A stretch of 63,006 bases of DNA, filler included, from Syncephalis fuscata S228 (Eukaryota; Fungi; Zoopagomycota), in assembly GCA_025786725.1 (NCBI GenBank). It is 4 parts of 4 records of this genome, joined end to end, with 100 filler letters (N's around TTAATTAATTAA, not from the genome) between each part and the next. Parts side by side here need not be neighbours in the genome. Positions count along the whole stretch, not along the records: positions 1 to 26,989 come from JAHLTZ010000107.1; positions 27,090 to 34,330 come from JAHLTZ010000325.1; positions 34,431 to 55,207 come from JAHLTZ010000159.1; 1 more part is not named here. One strand, given 5' to 3'. The notes below the pieces were generated by a model. That model was not told the DNA's origin. It worked only from the letters and a program-made list of their open reading frames with translations, and did no database searches. How positions within the stretch are numbered: position 1 is the first letter of the stretch; each line of letters opens with the position of its first letter. Below, piece after piece: positions 24,041-36,815 of the stretch. Made by a program: the position numbers and the translations under genes.

Positions 24041-26329
24041 TGTCGCACTTTTAACACTTGGTTTATCGTAACAAGAAAGTTGTTATCATTTTACTTGTTA
24101 CGCAAACGCTACATGTTACAATTATAATCATACATTAATTGTTTTTTGTATGGTTATAATTCTATTATTTCGTACTAATTATTAAATGTAAGCTTAGTCT
24201 AACAATCACTGCTAGACTGAGATAATCAGAAAAGACTCTAAATTCAGTAATAAAGAGAATAAATTTAAAGTAAAAAATACTTGTACCATTTTGTCGCGAT
24301 CTGTCCATTCATGTCTTCTAGCATCTCGTTCAAATTGTATTAGCCATAAAATTGGATATTCGTTCTGTACTGTTCCTTCAAATGGCAAAATGTTACTGCC
24401 TACTTTTAGCGTAATTTGATAATTTGATATTAGCGCGTGATAATCGTATTCTTAATTATTAAATATTGCTGGTACTTATTGGCAAGTATATTCCTTTTTT
24501 TTACTGAAATGATGGCAAATTAATATGTTGATTTAGTGGTGGTTGACTATTGGCGTTTAATACACTTCTTGGGTCGGGAAGTATAAGCTGTGTGTTAGCG
24601 GTTGGTCTTAAACCGTAATCTCTATTAAAACTAGTAGTCGACTGTTTCTCTTTCCTACTTTTAATAATAAAATACAGTTGTTTATCTACTTTAATAAATA
24701 GTGATTCTTTTATCTTTTGTTCCATTCCGTCTGCTACCATGTCCTTAATTCCATCTCTACCTAAGTCTACTGCCATTTGACCTAAAAAATGGGCTAGTGA
24801 TAATACAAATCGTTTCATATCTGTCTGGTCACCTTTTCGCGCATGGATGCGATTATAGAACTCCATGCTAATATTGATTTGTCTAGGCTGCCTGTGCAGT
24901 TCATATTTTGTATGAATAATAGTATTCTGCCGCGTAGTGATTCTAACTCTTTTGGGACGTCTTTTATGAAAGCTGAATTATATACTTCTTCGGTGTTATC
25001 GTCAGTTAGTTGACTAACAATAAGTTAAGTGTATTTTATATTTTTGCATTGTCTCGTGTTTGGATGGTCCAAGCGGTGGCCTTTTTAACGCGTCTTTAGT
25101 TGGACCATCCATTGTACCATATCTTGTTCTTTTAGTACCAAGAGATCTTTCGGGATTGATAGAATTGTTTTACTAGTCTGAGTGGGCTTGCTAAATGTTA
25201 TTATTCTATCCCTGGTAGAATAGTAACATCATGTAACTATTGGTATCGAAAAGTGTATTTTCAATAATCTAATGGTATTAATTACGTATTTTATGTTATC
25301 ATATGTGATCTAATTTTTATCTTTGTTCTTTCCATATCAACCAAACTAGATGTTTATAGAGTACATTAATATAATAATAATAATAATAATGCATTTTTCG
25401 CCCCTGAATTTCATTTCATGTCAATAGTAATATCAGTCAAAAACAAACATGCAAAATTTAAATAACAATGATATAATAGAGCGACGGATAATAGTTTATT
25501 GCAATATAGGCAATGTATATATTTATATTAAGCATGAGCTACACAAATATTATATATATATTATGCCAAGCAATCTCTAAAAGCTTCATATCTTTGGCTC
25601 TATATTTAGATTGCAACTACATTACCTGTTATTGCGTAATCTCACGTGCTTTAATTATTTACATTATTAGTACCCTGTTAGCTATTTATTACTTAAATAG
25701 TCAGCTATGTATGATACTCGTATAGTTTTTATATTGTTCTAAACAAGGCAACTAATTAATAATAAACATTAATATAGTAGAATTCAATAATTTATTAAAA
25801 ATAACAAACTATGCGTGTATCTATATATAGTAAATGATACACAAATGTCTGTTTATGTATATGCTAAGCAATTTCCAAAGCATAAAACTCTTGATTATAA
25901 ATGATAACCTATGTGTCTTTAAGGCAAGAACTAACATTATAATTAATTTTTAAACTTCAAATAATAAACAATAGAATTTTGAAGTATCAAAATAGTAATG
26001 GCTTTTTCAAATCAATAAATCGTAAATACACAGAATTGATGTGTAATTTGCATATTAATTTGTTTTTAATACATCAGCTTATCATAATGAATTGTGATTT
26101 GGCCAAGTAATTTACCGCAATTTATATAAACTCAAATTGTATTTAACACAACAAATATTTAATTGCTGAATATATACTAAATATAGCTATTTACGATTAC
26201 ACAATAGTTATGTGTGACTTAGTCATGGTTTACTGCATTTTAAAGATATCAGTAATTTTAGATAACTTTTAATTTATAATTTATTGACATCAAGTAAAAT
26301 TCATAAAGGCAGTGATGCCATAGCTTTTT

Positions 26330-26989
26330 TAATTTAGAAATATATATAGTTACTAACAGGTATAAGCCGACTAGAATAGCTTGTTGAGTTTCATTTATAT
26401 GGATATCAGCACTGCGGATATTGTTTGGATCATTCATTGCTGAGGTGTCGGAGTCATTATTTATAGGTTTTTTTGTAACGTAATTCACAGTATCGTTGAT
26501 GTAATATACCTAGAAAATGTTAGCTTGTATAAGTCGCATGAATACTTGCCAGTCAACGGTATAAAATATTCTTGAGAATCTCCTCCAACCTCGAAAACAA
26601 TAATAAGGCAACAGATTACATTGCAGAGAACTATCAGGCACATTATCTGAATACCATCACGGGCCAGTTTCCTCCATGCTTCATAGCCATATCTTTGATA
26701 GCGTCTATAGGCTACAGTGCTAAAAATGATTGAAAAAAGTATGTTGCTTGGAACCATTGTGCCGATCCAGTAGAATGGGATAAAGAGATGATAGTAAGAA
26801 AGCATCCGGCAGATTTTCCAATACAATGTGTGAGTAGTTGTATACAATATAAATAAAGAAAAGCTGTGGCAGAATGCAAATGGTGCCACAAATGGCTACC
26901 CAGCGTTGCGATAACAGCACAAGGTAGGCTTTGTAAAGTACAATATGCTGTTGCAAAAGATTGAAAAGCTTACTGCCGCTACAATATAC
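26330..26989 (-). CDS. Multi-pass membrane protein, 3' part only (cut by contig end)
   Basis: Overlapping hydrophobic ORFs 26720-26956, 26485-26889 and 26258-26488 with several TM-like segments; an apparent frameshift and an intron. Boundaries approximate. Confidence 0.5.
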
Positions 26990-27089
26990 NNNNNNNNNNN
27001 NNNNNNNNNNNNNNNNNNNNNNNNNNNNNNNNNTTAATTAATTAANNNNNNNNNNNNNNNNNNNNNNNNNNNNNNNNNNNNNNNNNNNN
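26990..27089. other. Artificial contig linker
   Basis: 44 N + TTAATTAATTAA (stops in all six frames) + 44 N. Confidence 0.98.
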
Positions 27090-27202
27090 TTATTAAGTAG
27101 TAAATGACGATAATTATATTACAAAAACAATGAAAGTAATACGTTAAACTACATATAGAAACCATAACATATAATTAAATTTGAATTTGAATTATTAGCT
27201 TA

Positions 27203-27477
27203 AGTGAGACAACGGTCCGTAGGACCTAACCGCGCATTTGCAGCATTTGTCTGCCACCCTAGGAGAATAGACGGTTCATTTCGAACCTATCCGCGCGCAA
27301 CGCAGAACCTGCCATCTACAACTGAAACCGTGGTGGCTCTCCTCACGTGTTGGAATATCGACCATTTCTTCTACGGAAGGATCCCATCACGCATTTCCTG
27401 AAAACAAGATTCGAACTAGGCGAACCAACATTTTCCTACTTTAGGGAAGACGCGTTGACCGTTTAGGCCACCACGCC
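27203..27477 (-). ncRNA. tRNA-headed Pol III-type element (candidate SINE or structured ncRNA)
   Basis: GC-rich island. Minus strand starts GGCGTGG TGGCCTAAACGG (A box) ... AGTTCGAATC (B box) with no acceptor-stem 3' strand, followed by a ~200-nt hairpin-rich body. Confidence 0.55.
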
Positions 27478-27764
27478 TCCCCCTATACCATATAATTAAA
27501 TTATTTCATTAACACAGATATGAATCATAATGTAGAAAATTTTATAATATAGATTACAACTAGACATTTGTATTAATAACAAATACAATGCAGTAATATC
27601 AAGTTGTGCTCAATATCCACACTGGGTAATGACTATATCGCAGTGTGATACATGTCAATATAACAGGAATGGATTACTATTTTTTCTTTTTTTTCTACAT
27701 TCTTTGCCATTCTCTTTATTCATTCATCAATTCTATTACTACTGGCATTGTTATTAAAGCTACT

Positions 27765-30451
27765 ATGGGCAAAGTAAAACAGCAAAGACGTAGCGCGCGT
27801 GCCCGTTTGAACCCCACTCGCATATCAGACCCGTCGACACTGCGTCATGGCACAATCCGAGCAGTGAACGAGAAGCCTGAAGGTGTACTACCGGTCATTG
27901 ATAAAATATCTGCCGTTGACGCTAGTGAGCGTGCCTGGGCGTGTGCCTGTGTCTCTAATCTTGTAGGACAAGATCACCGCACACGCAAATTACTGTTAAG
28001 TCGCGGTCTAGTCGACAAGCTAGTCGAACGTTTAACTGATTCGGAGTTGGCGGTATCGGTTGAAGCAGTTGGTACATTACGGTAATTATCAAATTAAACA
28101 TTCTACAGTACAACATAGGCTAATACCAGGTACTTATTACTAGTAATTTAACTGTATTAGGTGGATATAAAGTATGCGCTGACATGTTTAGCAAGAATAT
28201 ATTAACGGCAATGCAACGCCTTGTTCAATTGGTAAAGCTACTTTTACAACCAATGTCACAGTATAGCTTAACGTCAATAATATAATATGAATAGACACTG
28301 GTAACGGCGAACGAAGTATTAGAGGATATCAAACCAGCAGACGCTGATGCTGTAGCACGGCATCGTGCAGTTTGGTCGTTGGCCGAAAATCTAATTTGTA
28401 TTTATTGGAGTTTAGCGTAAGTAATCTATCATACTGAGTGCGATTAATATACTAATGGCGTTTAATGATAGCGAAACATCGCCTCGAATCCTTAAAAGTG
28501 TTACCAAACCTGAAATATTATCATTTGTTCTACGGTTCCTAGAATTAAATACCAAGGTTCCAGCATCGTTATCCATTATTGCAGGTAGATAGATTAATGA
28601 TTATAATTGATAAATAGTAACATATACTATCTAGCCCAGTGTCTACACACCATTACAGAAGAAAATAGAGATGCATTGGCCTATTTTCGCTCTGCGCCCG
28701 ATATTGGCCAACGACTATTAAATGCGCTTCCTACAGGCCAAATACCCGAGGATAGAACTGTATTGGGTGTACTCATTGCTGGTATATTGCGTAATATACG
28801 CCGAACATTACCAAAGAGGCCCGATATAGATACAACAGCCTCATTGAATCACTCAATTGCCCCTATTCTTTTATCATTTTTAGATTGGGATGTTCAAGGT
28901 GCAGCTCTTCATATGGCTCAACTGGCACCCGAAGTGTTAGTAAGTAGTCTACAACATATCAATAGACTGTAGCTAATATTGTATTAGAAAAAACACCAAG
29001 AACAAAATGGACTACACGATCGTACAGTAGCATCGGCTAACGAGGTAAATATTATAGGAACATTGAATATACAGTATATAGACCTAATAATGGCAATAGA
29101 CGCAATTAAATGCCATGGAAGATAGACTGGCTGCTATGCAACTATGTTTGGAAATACTTGCCAATATGGCATCAGAAGATACTATAGATGGTAATAATAT
29201 AGCTTATGTATGGTTTATTAATACAGTAATTAATCATAATAATGATGATTTAGATGAACCAGAAGAAGAGAAAGAAGATGAATGGGAGGATTTAGACGAA
29301 GAAGAAGATGAATTACAAGCAGAGATTGAAGAAGTTACCAATGGACACGCTAATGGCAATGTAGAAGAAGAAGAAGAAGACGGTGAAGAAGATATGGCCA
29401 TGATCGATGCAGCTACAGGACAGCATGTTCATGCACTAGAAGAGGCAGAGACACGTGTTGGCATTATGCTTAATCGTGACTCTGGTCGATTCTTTGCACA
29501 AAGTCTACTGCCATTACTGGTGCGACTAGCCGAACCATGTTTAGTTGCAGGTCAAGTATCTGCAATTGCATTTACATATACACGACGTGAAGCACCAGCT
29601 ATTGCCGAATTGGCCATACTACATGCACGTGCCTTGGCCTGTCTTAACAACTATTTAGTGTTGGCAGCTGAACGATCCACTCGTGGGTGGTTTAATGACC
29701 AGCTGGCCGATGCCCAACAGTTATGGCACTGGCTATTAGACAATGTGGCAGCCCGTGCTCAAATACCAACTACATCAACCGCCACTAATACAAACGAAGA
29801 AAGTGATAATAATGAACAAAGTAATATACGCGAGGAAGTATTAGAAAGTGCATTGGACTGTTTATGGTCAGTGGCCCGTGGTCTAGGCACCCACAATATA
29901 GTAAGTACCATTAAAACATACTACAAAGCAACAACATTCAACTTACATGTAATGATGATAGCCGGCTACAGAAACACAAATACATGCACTTATCAATGTG
30001 GCACAGGGCCAAACCAGTGCCTCTGACCATTTAAGAGCAACTTGTATTGGTACACTAGGTGTTATAGCTCAACGACGACCAGGCTATGTTGAAATGAATG
30101 GGGTAGGCAGTAATCATTTATATAAACGACTAAACTTACACAATTCGCTAGATAATTGGCCATTTATTAATGACACAACTTACTAATCTGCCTCAGACCC
30201 CGTCTGAAACGGCAGTAGAAGCATTGAATGCACTTTATGATATTTATGACGATGCAGCACACGACTACGATGCACCCGTATTTGTCAAGGGCGGGTATTT
30301 AGAGGCACTACGCAATATAGTGCCAGTTGTACGCCAATTAACAAAGCGTATTGATCGACGACAACAACCGGCACTACGTGAGCGAGCCGAAGAAGCACTA
30401 GTCAATCTACGTGCCTTTATTGACTATAAAACAGGCGAAACAGCATCCTAG
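27765..30451 (+). CDS. SYO1: Synchronized import protein Syo1/HEATR3 (ARM/HEAT repeat), multi-exon
   Basis: Basic N-terminus MGKVKQQRRSARARLNP; ERAWACACVSNL; AVGTLRNL; central acidic tract; C-terminal ALNALYDIYDD...KRIDRR...LRERAEEALVNLRAFIDYK; GT-AG introns. Confidence 0.85.
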
Positions 30452-30672
30452 ACCTTTATCCGACCATCTTGATAAGATCGGGTCGGTTATGCAAAACCGC
30501 TTGGCCAATCAATCAAGACCAATAAATGATCCAATAAATAGCGCTCTTTTTTGATATAAAACATGTTGACCTCAGCGAGAGTGGACACGTCATTATCGCA
30601 CTTTTCTCTTCTTGCGTCTCTACTTGACACATTTGATTGTTCGTTTCTTCTATTAGCGTCGATTATAACAGT

Positions 30673-31731
30673 ATGGCTAAAGTTGCAGTATTGGGTGCCG
30701 CTGGTGGTATTGGTCAGCCATTGTCGCTGCTAATGAAGCAATCTCCACACGTCTCTCACCTTGCACTCTACGATATTGTCAACGTTCCGGGTGTTGCCGC
30801 CGACCTGTCGCACATCGATACGGCCTCGCAAGTAACTGCTCATGTCGGTCCGCAGCAGCTTGAGGATGCGCTTAAAGGTGCCCAAGTTGTGATTATCCCC
30901 GCGGGTATTCCACGTAAACCAAATATGACCCGTGACGATTTATTCAAGGTGAATGCCGGCATTGTACGTGATCTAGCGGTCGCCGCTGCCACGCATTGTC
31001 CCAAGGCATTCATGTGCATTATTTCCAATCCAGTCAACTCAACGGTACCTATTGTGGCCGAAGTATTTAAGAAACACGGTGTCTATGATCCAAAACGACT
31101 ATTTGGCGTTACTACGCTAGATGTTGTACGTGCCAATACCTTTTTGGCTGCAGCCACCGGCACTACACCTACCAATGCCAGTCGTATCCCTGTTGTCGGT
31201 GGCCATGCCGGCAAGACGATTATTCCACTATTCTCACGCGCCCCTTCTGCTCTACGCTCCCAACTGCCTCATGCAGAGCTGGAAGCATTGACGCACCGCG
31301 TGCAATTTGGTGGCGATGAGGTCGTCAAGGCTAAAGATGGTTTGGGCAGTGCTACACTATCGATGGCATTTGCCGGTGCTCGTTTTGCTAACTCTTTGCT
31401 ACGTGCCTCGGTTGAGGGAACTAGCGGCATTGTCGAGCCATCCTACGTACCACTCGAGGCCGATCCACTAAATGGCGAGGCTGTCAAGCGGGAATGTGGC
31501 AATCTAGACTTCTTTGCCACTGAAATTGAATTGGGCGTAAGTATTGAATAGCATGTAGCCTATATAAACAAAGTACTGATCATTTATTGCAATTAGGCTG
31601 AAGGTACACGCCGCATTCAACAGCTAGGTGAATTGTCTCCATTTGAAGAGACACTAGTTCGCAATGCTGAGAATGAACTACGCGAGAGCATTAATAAGGG
31701 CATCGAGTTTGTTGCCGCATCAAAGTTGTAA
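30673..31731 (+). CDS. MDH: NAD-dependent malate dehydrogenase with C-terminal PTS1 (SKL), likely peroxisomal; one intron
   Basis: [42 protein letters not shown]; intron ~31537-31596; last exon ends [10 protein letters not shown]; no mitochondrial presequence. Confidence 0.95.
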
Positions 31732-31987
31732 AGACTGCGATGGTTTATTGTCTATTTCCATAAGATGATTACGGTCATTTATCAATAAGAACTTTTGTTC
31801 TATAATAAATAGTATTGTTTGAGCGATTTATTTAAAGTAATATTGCTTATTAGCATAGCAAATAGTATTGATACTTGATCAATATTGATTGCTTATAGCC
31901 AATTATCAATACAATTTGTTAAATAGTTGATAATGGGTATTAAGCAATGCATTAACATGAATTATAGACATTTAAACAGCTATTCAG

Positions 31988-32432
31988 TCACTCTAACGAG
32001 GGAATAGCTTCTGCGGTTACTTCACCCGTACCAAGACTAACTACGCGTTCCATTGAGCCATCAGCTCGACGACGCCAACCGCCTAGAGCAGCCGAACTAT
32101 TCCGAGTGTGGGCCAATGGTGCAGGACGTGCCTCTTCCGATCGCACTACCGAACCTACAGCCATTAAAAGACCGAAGAAGCCGGCAGAGGAGGCCATGGA
32201 ACGACCTAGCGTGCCAAGGTAGCCATGCTGGCCTGGACCGAAACTATACGATAGCAAGGTAAGTATGACGTGTTTAACAACAAAGTAGCTTTGCAGGCGG
32301 TCAAAACATCGCGTCTGCTTACCGGACAACGTTCACGGTACCGAATACCAGACCAATGCAAAGCCCGACGGTTCCGCCCATCATCGCTCCCATTTTAAGT
32401 TTGTCAAAAACTGTTGGTTCCCGGACAGGCAT
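31988..32432 (-). CDS. MGR2: Mgr2/ROMO1 (TIM23 complex subunit), two exons
   Basis: Exon 1 MPVREPTVFDKLKMGAMMGGTVGLCIGLVFG; intron ~32244-32322; exon 2 FGPGQHGYLGTLGRSMASSAGFFGLLMAVGSVVRSE. Confidence 0.9.
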
Positions 32433-33660
32433 CGTAGCGGTTGGTTGGCTAGGTGGATACTTGATAGTTGTGCGTGTCACTTCAAGCAAACAAGAATAGA
32501 AAAAGTAAGAGATAAAGCTAAAAATAAAGCGCTTCTAGTTTTTCCAGTTTTCTTTTCCAATTCGTAGTTGGGGAAATGCTGATGATTACAAGTGACACGT
32601 GTGTCTCATTTGATAAAATAATCAATCGCTATAGTTGACTCTGGAAATTGTAGCTTAAATAGCCAAGCAATAGCTTGCTTTATAATGTAGGCTTTGGCAT
32701 TTACTAATATGCTTTATTAATATTAAACATTAAACAACTTAGTAGATGTTTGGTATGATTTAGTGGACAAGTGATTGCATTTAACTATATTTGCACTATT
32801 GAACATGGAACTTATTACTATAGATGTTCATTACTTGAATCTAAACACCATTAACGCTATAGCTAGCTGGTTTTAACCAATCTAGTTGTTGCTAGCTATA
32901 ACAAAACAACCTAGCACATATTTCGATAAACTACTATTACATGCACTTATTCGTTCTATCGATGCATATAAATTAATGAGTAAACCAAGACAGGATTTAT
33001 AAACGGGCAAATTAGAGTTAACCAAACAGCAACTATGAGTAGGTTATATTAAAACAAACATGCTGAGCGAAAGCATAATACTCAATAAGACATTTTTATT
33101 TTAAACTATTATTTCCTATTATTTATTTGTCTTAGTCAGAAATAATGAATCTTGAATATGTTAGAAGTAGCCTTAAGATCAGCTATTCTTGTGGATAGAA
33201 TGTAGCGTATAAATCTAGATTTAAGGCTGAATATTTTAGCAAAAAATAAACATATTTAAATAGTGAAGTATTAGATTCAGAAAAATTGGCAGCTTGCACG
33301 TTAGCATAAATGGCTAGTGGTGTCGTATTAATTATTTAGTACTAATGTAATGTTGGTAAGCACCAGGCTATCTTATGTGCACAGGTTATATAAATATCAC
33401 ATTATAATTATTTGCCATATTCACCGTTCATTGACCGTAGATATTTGTAACATCAATATAATAGAAAGTTGATTAACATATAATATCAAATAATAAATAA
33501 ACGGCTTTCCAAATGACAAATATAGTTTATTCTACTTATATAGAATAAACAGGCAGCGTGTGGCGCCATCGCGTCACACGGTCCGTATATATCGCCACAG
33601 CAGCATTGGGTATAACATCAGGTATACGATTGGTAAGATCAGGCTCTTCATCAAATCTAG

Positions 33661-34080
33661 TTAATGCCTTGCGTGCACAGACACCAACACCCAAAACAAG
33701 ACTATAAAAAAATTTCCAGCCATAATAAAACCAAGAAAATAGGACAGATCAGATGCGAATATTAAGCTGCAATGTACTGCTAATCCAAATAGTCGTCTAC
33801 GTTTAAAGCTCAGTCCTGGAATGCCACCATTTTTGATTTCCACAAACAGCCAAACAAACAGGCCAGCTGAAAAAAAGCTGAATGAGAAGGTTAAGCCATA
33901 GCCAAAACGTATTAGAATAATTGCTGTTTTATCAGACGACAAAGTAGTAAAATTGATGTGAAAGATCCAGCCGCCAATACCAATGCACAGCCAATGATAT
34001 AGATAACTATTCCACCAATGCCAAACCAATGCACCAATTGGGCTCGTTGTTTAATCGCCTTCACCATGGATTGACTCCTG
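33661..34080 (-). CDS. Hypothetical multi-pass membrane protein fragment
   Basis: Overlapping hydrophobic ORFs 33912-34160 and 33661-34029; exon structure unresolved. Confidence 0.35.
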
Positions 34081-34330
34081 TTATCAAAATCGGTTAAATA
34101 AATGTTATTAGACCATTGATATGGTGTTTCAAGCGGATGTGTGATATTTATGTAGTGCAAATATAACTTACCATACTATAGTCAAGTGCGTAACAGTAAT
34201 TTAATTATTAATCCTAAAAAAGTAGCACCGGTGCGCACAAAATGTGGTTATAGTCTTGAAATCATATGAGCTATAAATGGGAAATCCAAGGTTAATTATG
34301 CAACCAATGCGGCACTGATTTATGAGCTAT

Positions 34331-34430
34331 NNNNNNNNNNNNNNNNNNNNNNNNNNNNNNNNNNNNNNNNNNNNTTAATTAATTAANNNNNNNNNNNNNN
34401 NNNNNNNNNNNNNNNNNNNNNNNNNNNNNN
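34331..34430. other. Artificial contig linker
   Basis: 44 N + TTAATTAATTAA + 44 N. Confidence 0.98.
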
Positions 34431-34507
34431 AGAAATCACCAATCAAACGGCTAGCATGTTCAATATCAACTACAAGACATTAAAAAAATCAAGCAGGCAA
34501 TGGAAAA

Positions 34508-35746
34508 GTGTATTTATTTCGACCCGATCACGACTTGAGATTTGCTTCTCCAATCTCCGAGGTCACGTCAAGTACTTTTAAAAACATCAAATACTATTCC
34601 AGCATAAAAATCAAATTGTATTTATCAGACATTGATCCTACGGGCAATAGACTTGATAGCGATATTAGTTTTACCGTTGGATTTATTAAAGATATCTCTG
34701 TACTGACTAAACTCGGAACAAAGCAAAAGCCATGGGATATTAATATGCTGAGTCCTGATCTACGTTCAGAGGTTATGTGGGGCAAAAGTCGAGAGCTTGG
34801 GCTAAGGCAAATGAATACTACCGAAAACTCATTAAGCAGTACTCATCTTAGTATGCAGACAACAAATTACCAAGATTCGGTCAACGAGGCTTCATTCAGT
34901 ATACAACCACTGAATGCGCCAATGAGTGATGGAAAAGAATTTAGTATTGAAATTCAAGATAAACGACCCAGTTTTACATGGTTTGATTGTTTCGGTACAG
35001 TGGGCGGTGCACTGACTCTTTCGTTATATGGTTTTACATTTCTATTTGGTCAGCGCCGACTTCGCCCATGGGGCATTGTGCAGCGCTATTTATTCCGCGA
35101 TTATATTCTCGACAGATTTCCACGTGCTGTTGTCGAAGTTACTCCATCGTATATACCGCCAGAAAAGCCATCAAAAAGACAACGCCGATCAACGTCTGAC
35201 CAAGCTACAATGCCAAACAACGATACACAACAACCAGCAGCACAAAATGTATATTTGGTCAACGAAAATGCCTCGTCACTCGTTAGTATACGTGTTGCAT
35301 CTCCAATTTACGAAAGTCCACGGCATAGCTATGGCATGTCGAATCGATCGAGTATGGCTAGTGCATCCGAAATAGCTCAAGCTCTACCAACAAGGGCAAC
35401 CAATACAGACGATGCGAATGCTACTATGCAAAAGCAAATTAAATATTTAATTCGAAAAGTCCATTTGCTGGAAAAGAAATTGATTCAGCGCGAAAGTGGT
35501 GCCTCTTTCTTTTCTCGAGAGGTTGAAAATACTGGCACTAATAATCGCCAATCAATGTCCAGTTTTGTTTCAAATATGCCGCCAATTATGGAAGTGCGTG
35601 TTGCAGAGCTAGAAGCTTTTCGACAACGGGCCGAATCGTTCTTTTTTATCAACGATTTATTCTGGAAACGTGGTAACAAAACAAAATCCAAAAGAAATAC
35701 TTTCTACGCATCAACTGATTATAATTGGAGTAGTACGCAATTGTAG
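34508..35746 (+). CDS. Hypothetical membrane protein, 3' part (one TM segment followed by an LFG...PWG.VQ motif and a cytoplasmic tail)
   Basis: 412-codon open frame near a contig start; hydrophobic FTWFDCFGTVGGALTLSLYGFTFLFG; short coiled-coil-like segments in the tail. Confidence 0.7.
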   Translation: MYLFRPDHDLRFASPISEVTSSTFKNIKYYSSIKIKLYLSDIDPTGNRLDSDISFTVGFIKDISVLTKLGTKQKPWDINMLSPDLRSEVMWGKSRELGLRQMNTTENSLSSTHLSMQTTNYQDSVNEASFSIQPLNAPMSDGKEFSIEIQDKRPSFTWFDCFGTVGGALTLSLYGFTFLFGQRRLRPWGIVQRYLFRDYILDRFPRAVVEVTPSYIPPEKPSKRQRRSTSDQATMPNNDTQQPAAQNVYLVNENASSLVSIRVASPIYESPRHSYGMSNRSSMASASEIAQALPTRATNTDDANATMQKQIKYLIRKVHLLEKKLIQRESGASFFSREVENTGTNNRQSMSSFVSNMPPIMEVRVAELEAFRQRAESFFFINDLFWKRGNKTKSKRNTFYASTDYNWSSTQL

Positions 35747-36815
35747 TAGTAATAAATTATTATTTTATTTGTTACATCTTGAATGTCATATTATTTGTAT
35801 TGTATATAATTAATAATCAAATAAAAACAAATATATAACAAATACTATTCATATGCTCAATAATACTGTAGCAATCTTACTACTATGAGCATGCTGTTAT
35901 GATAACATGTTTAAAGGCTATATTATACAATTGAATAATGTATTGTTACGAATACATACTAATAGTTTAGTCATGTAATTTTCTATGCTTATTACCATTT
36001 ATGGCAATAGTAATTAATTAGTATACGATCACGTGATTTATTTACAACTAATATATGTATTTATTAGCAAGCATACGGCGTAATGTCCTGTTCAAGATGC
36101 GTAGCAGTAATCATTATAGTCGATTATTATTTTATAATTGACTCAACACTTTTACAATTGAATTATTACTTTTATTCTACTGTCTAATGTATTGCATAGG
36201 TGCTAATTTATTTAAGATAAAATAGTATTCACATTTATCATTAAATGGAAAGAACAGACAATAAGTTCTGGTTCTTCTTTTACCGCTGTCTCTTATTATA
36301 GCTCATTTTATTATAAAAAAACATTGTCATTTGTTATTTCCAGTAAACATTGTCGATTACTTTATTTTTTTATAGTTTTATTGCAAATACTAACTAGTTA
36401 CAGGCATTAAACTAGCGTAGTTGTTAATTGCTTAAAAATTGCTATTTATAAATACATTATTAGTCATATGAACAAATAACTTTGTGTTATGGAGGAAATA
36501 ATGCAAAGCGTTCAAGTTTTATTATCGGCTTTATTTGCTATAGAGTATCAAATTTATTCAATGTCAATAAATACTTTTGATTATTAGTCTCTTATTATTT
36601 CAATGGTATAAAAAGTTATTCAATTTAATATAATGAAATTTAATAATTAATGACAAATAAAAAGTAATTTTATTATCAATATATATACATGTGTGTGTGT
36701 GTGTGACTACTATACTATTTGTATTCGTTATGAAAACAATATATCAATGAACTCTTCTCGCTATGCTGCACGTTTTTAAGCACCGCCTTTTCTTTTCTTT
36801 TTCTTTTGCATAAAT

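Noticed and set aside
26990-27089. TTAATTAATTAA palindrome inside N runs (also 34331-34430 and 55208-55307)
   Set aside because: Identical 100-nt six-frame-stop linker used to concatenate contigs; not biological, and gene order across it is meaningless.
27400-27477. Functional tRNA gene
   Set aside because: A and B boxes are present but the acceptor stem cannot pair and no clear anticodon arm forms; reported as a tRNA-derived head instead.
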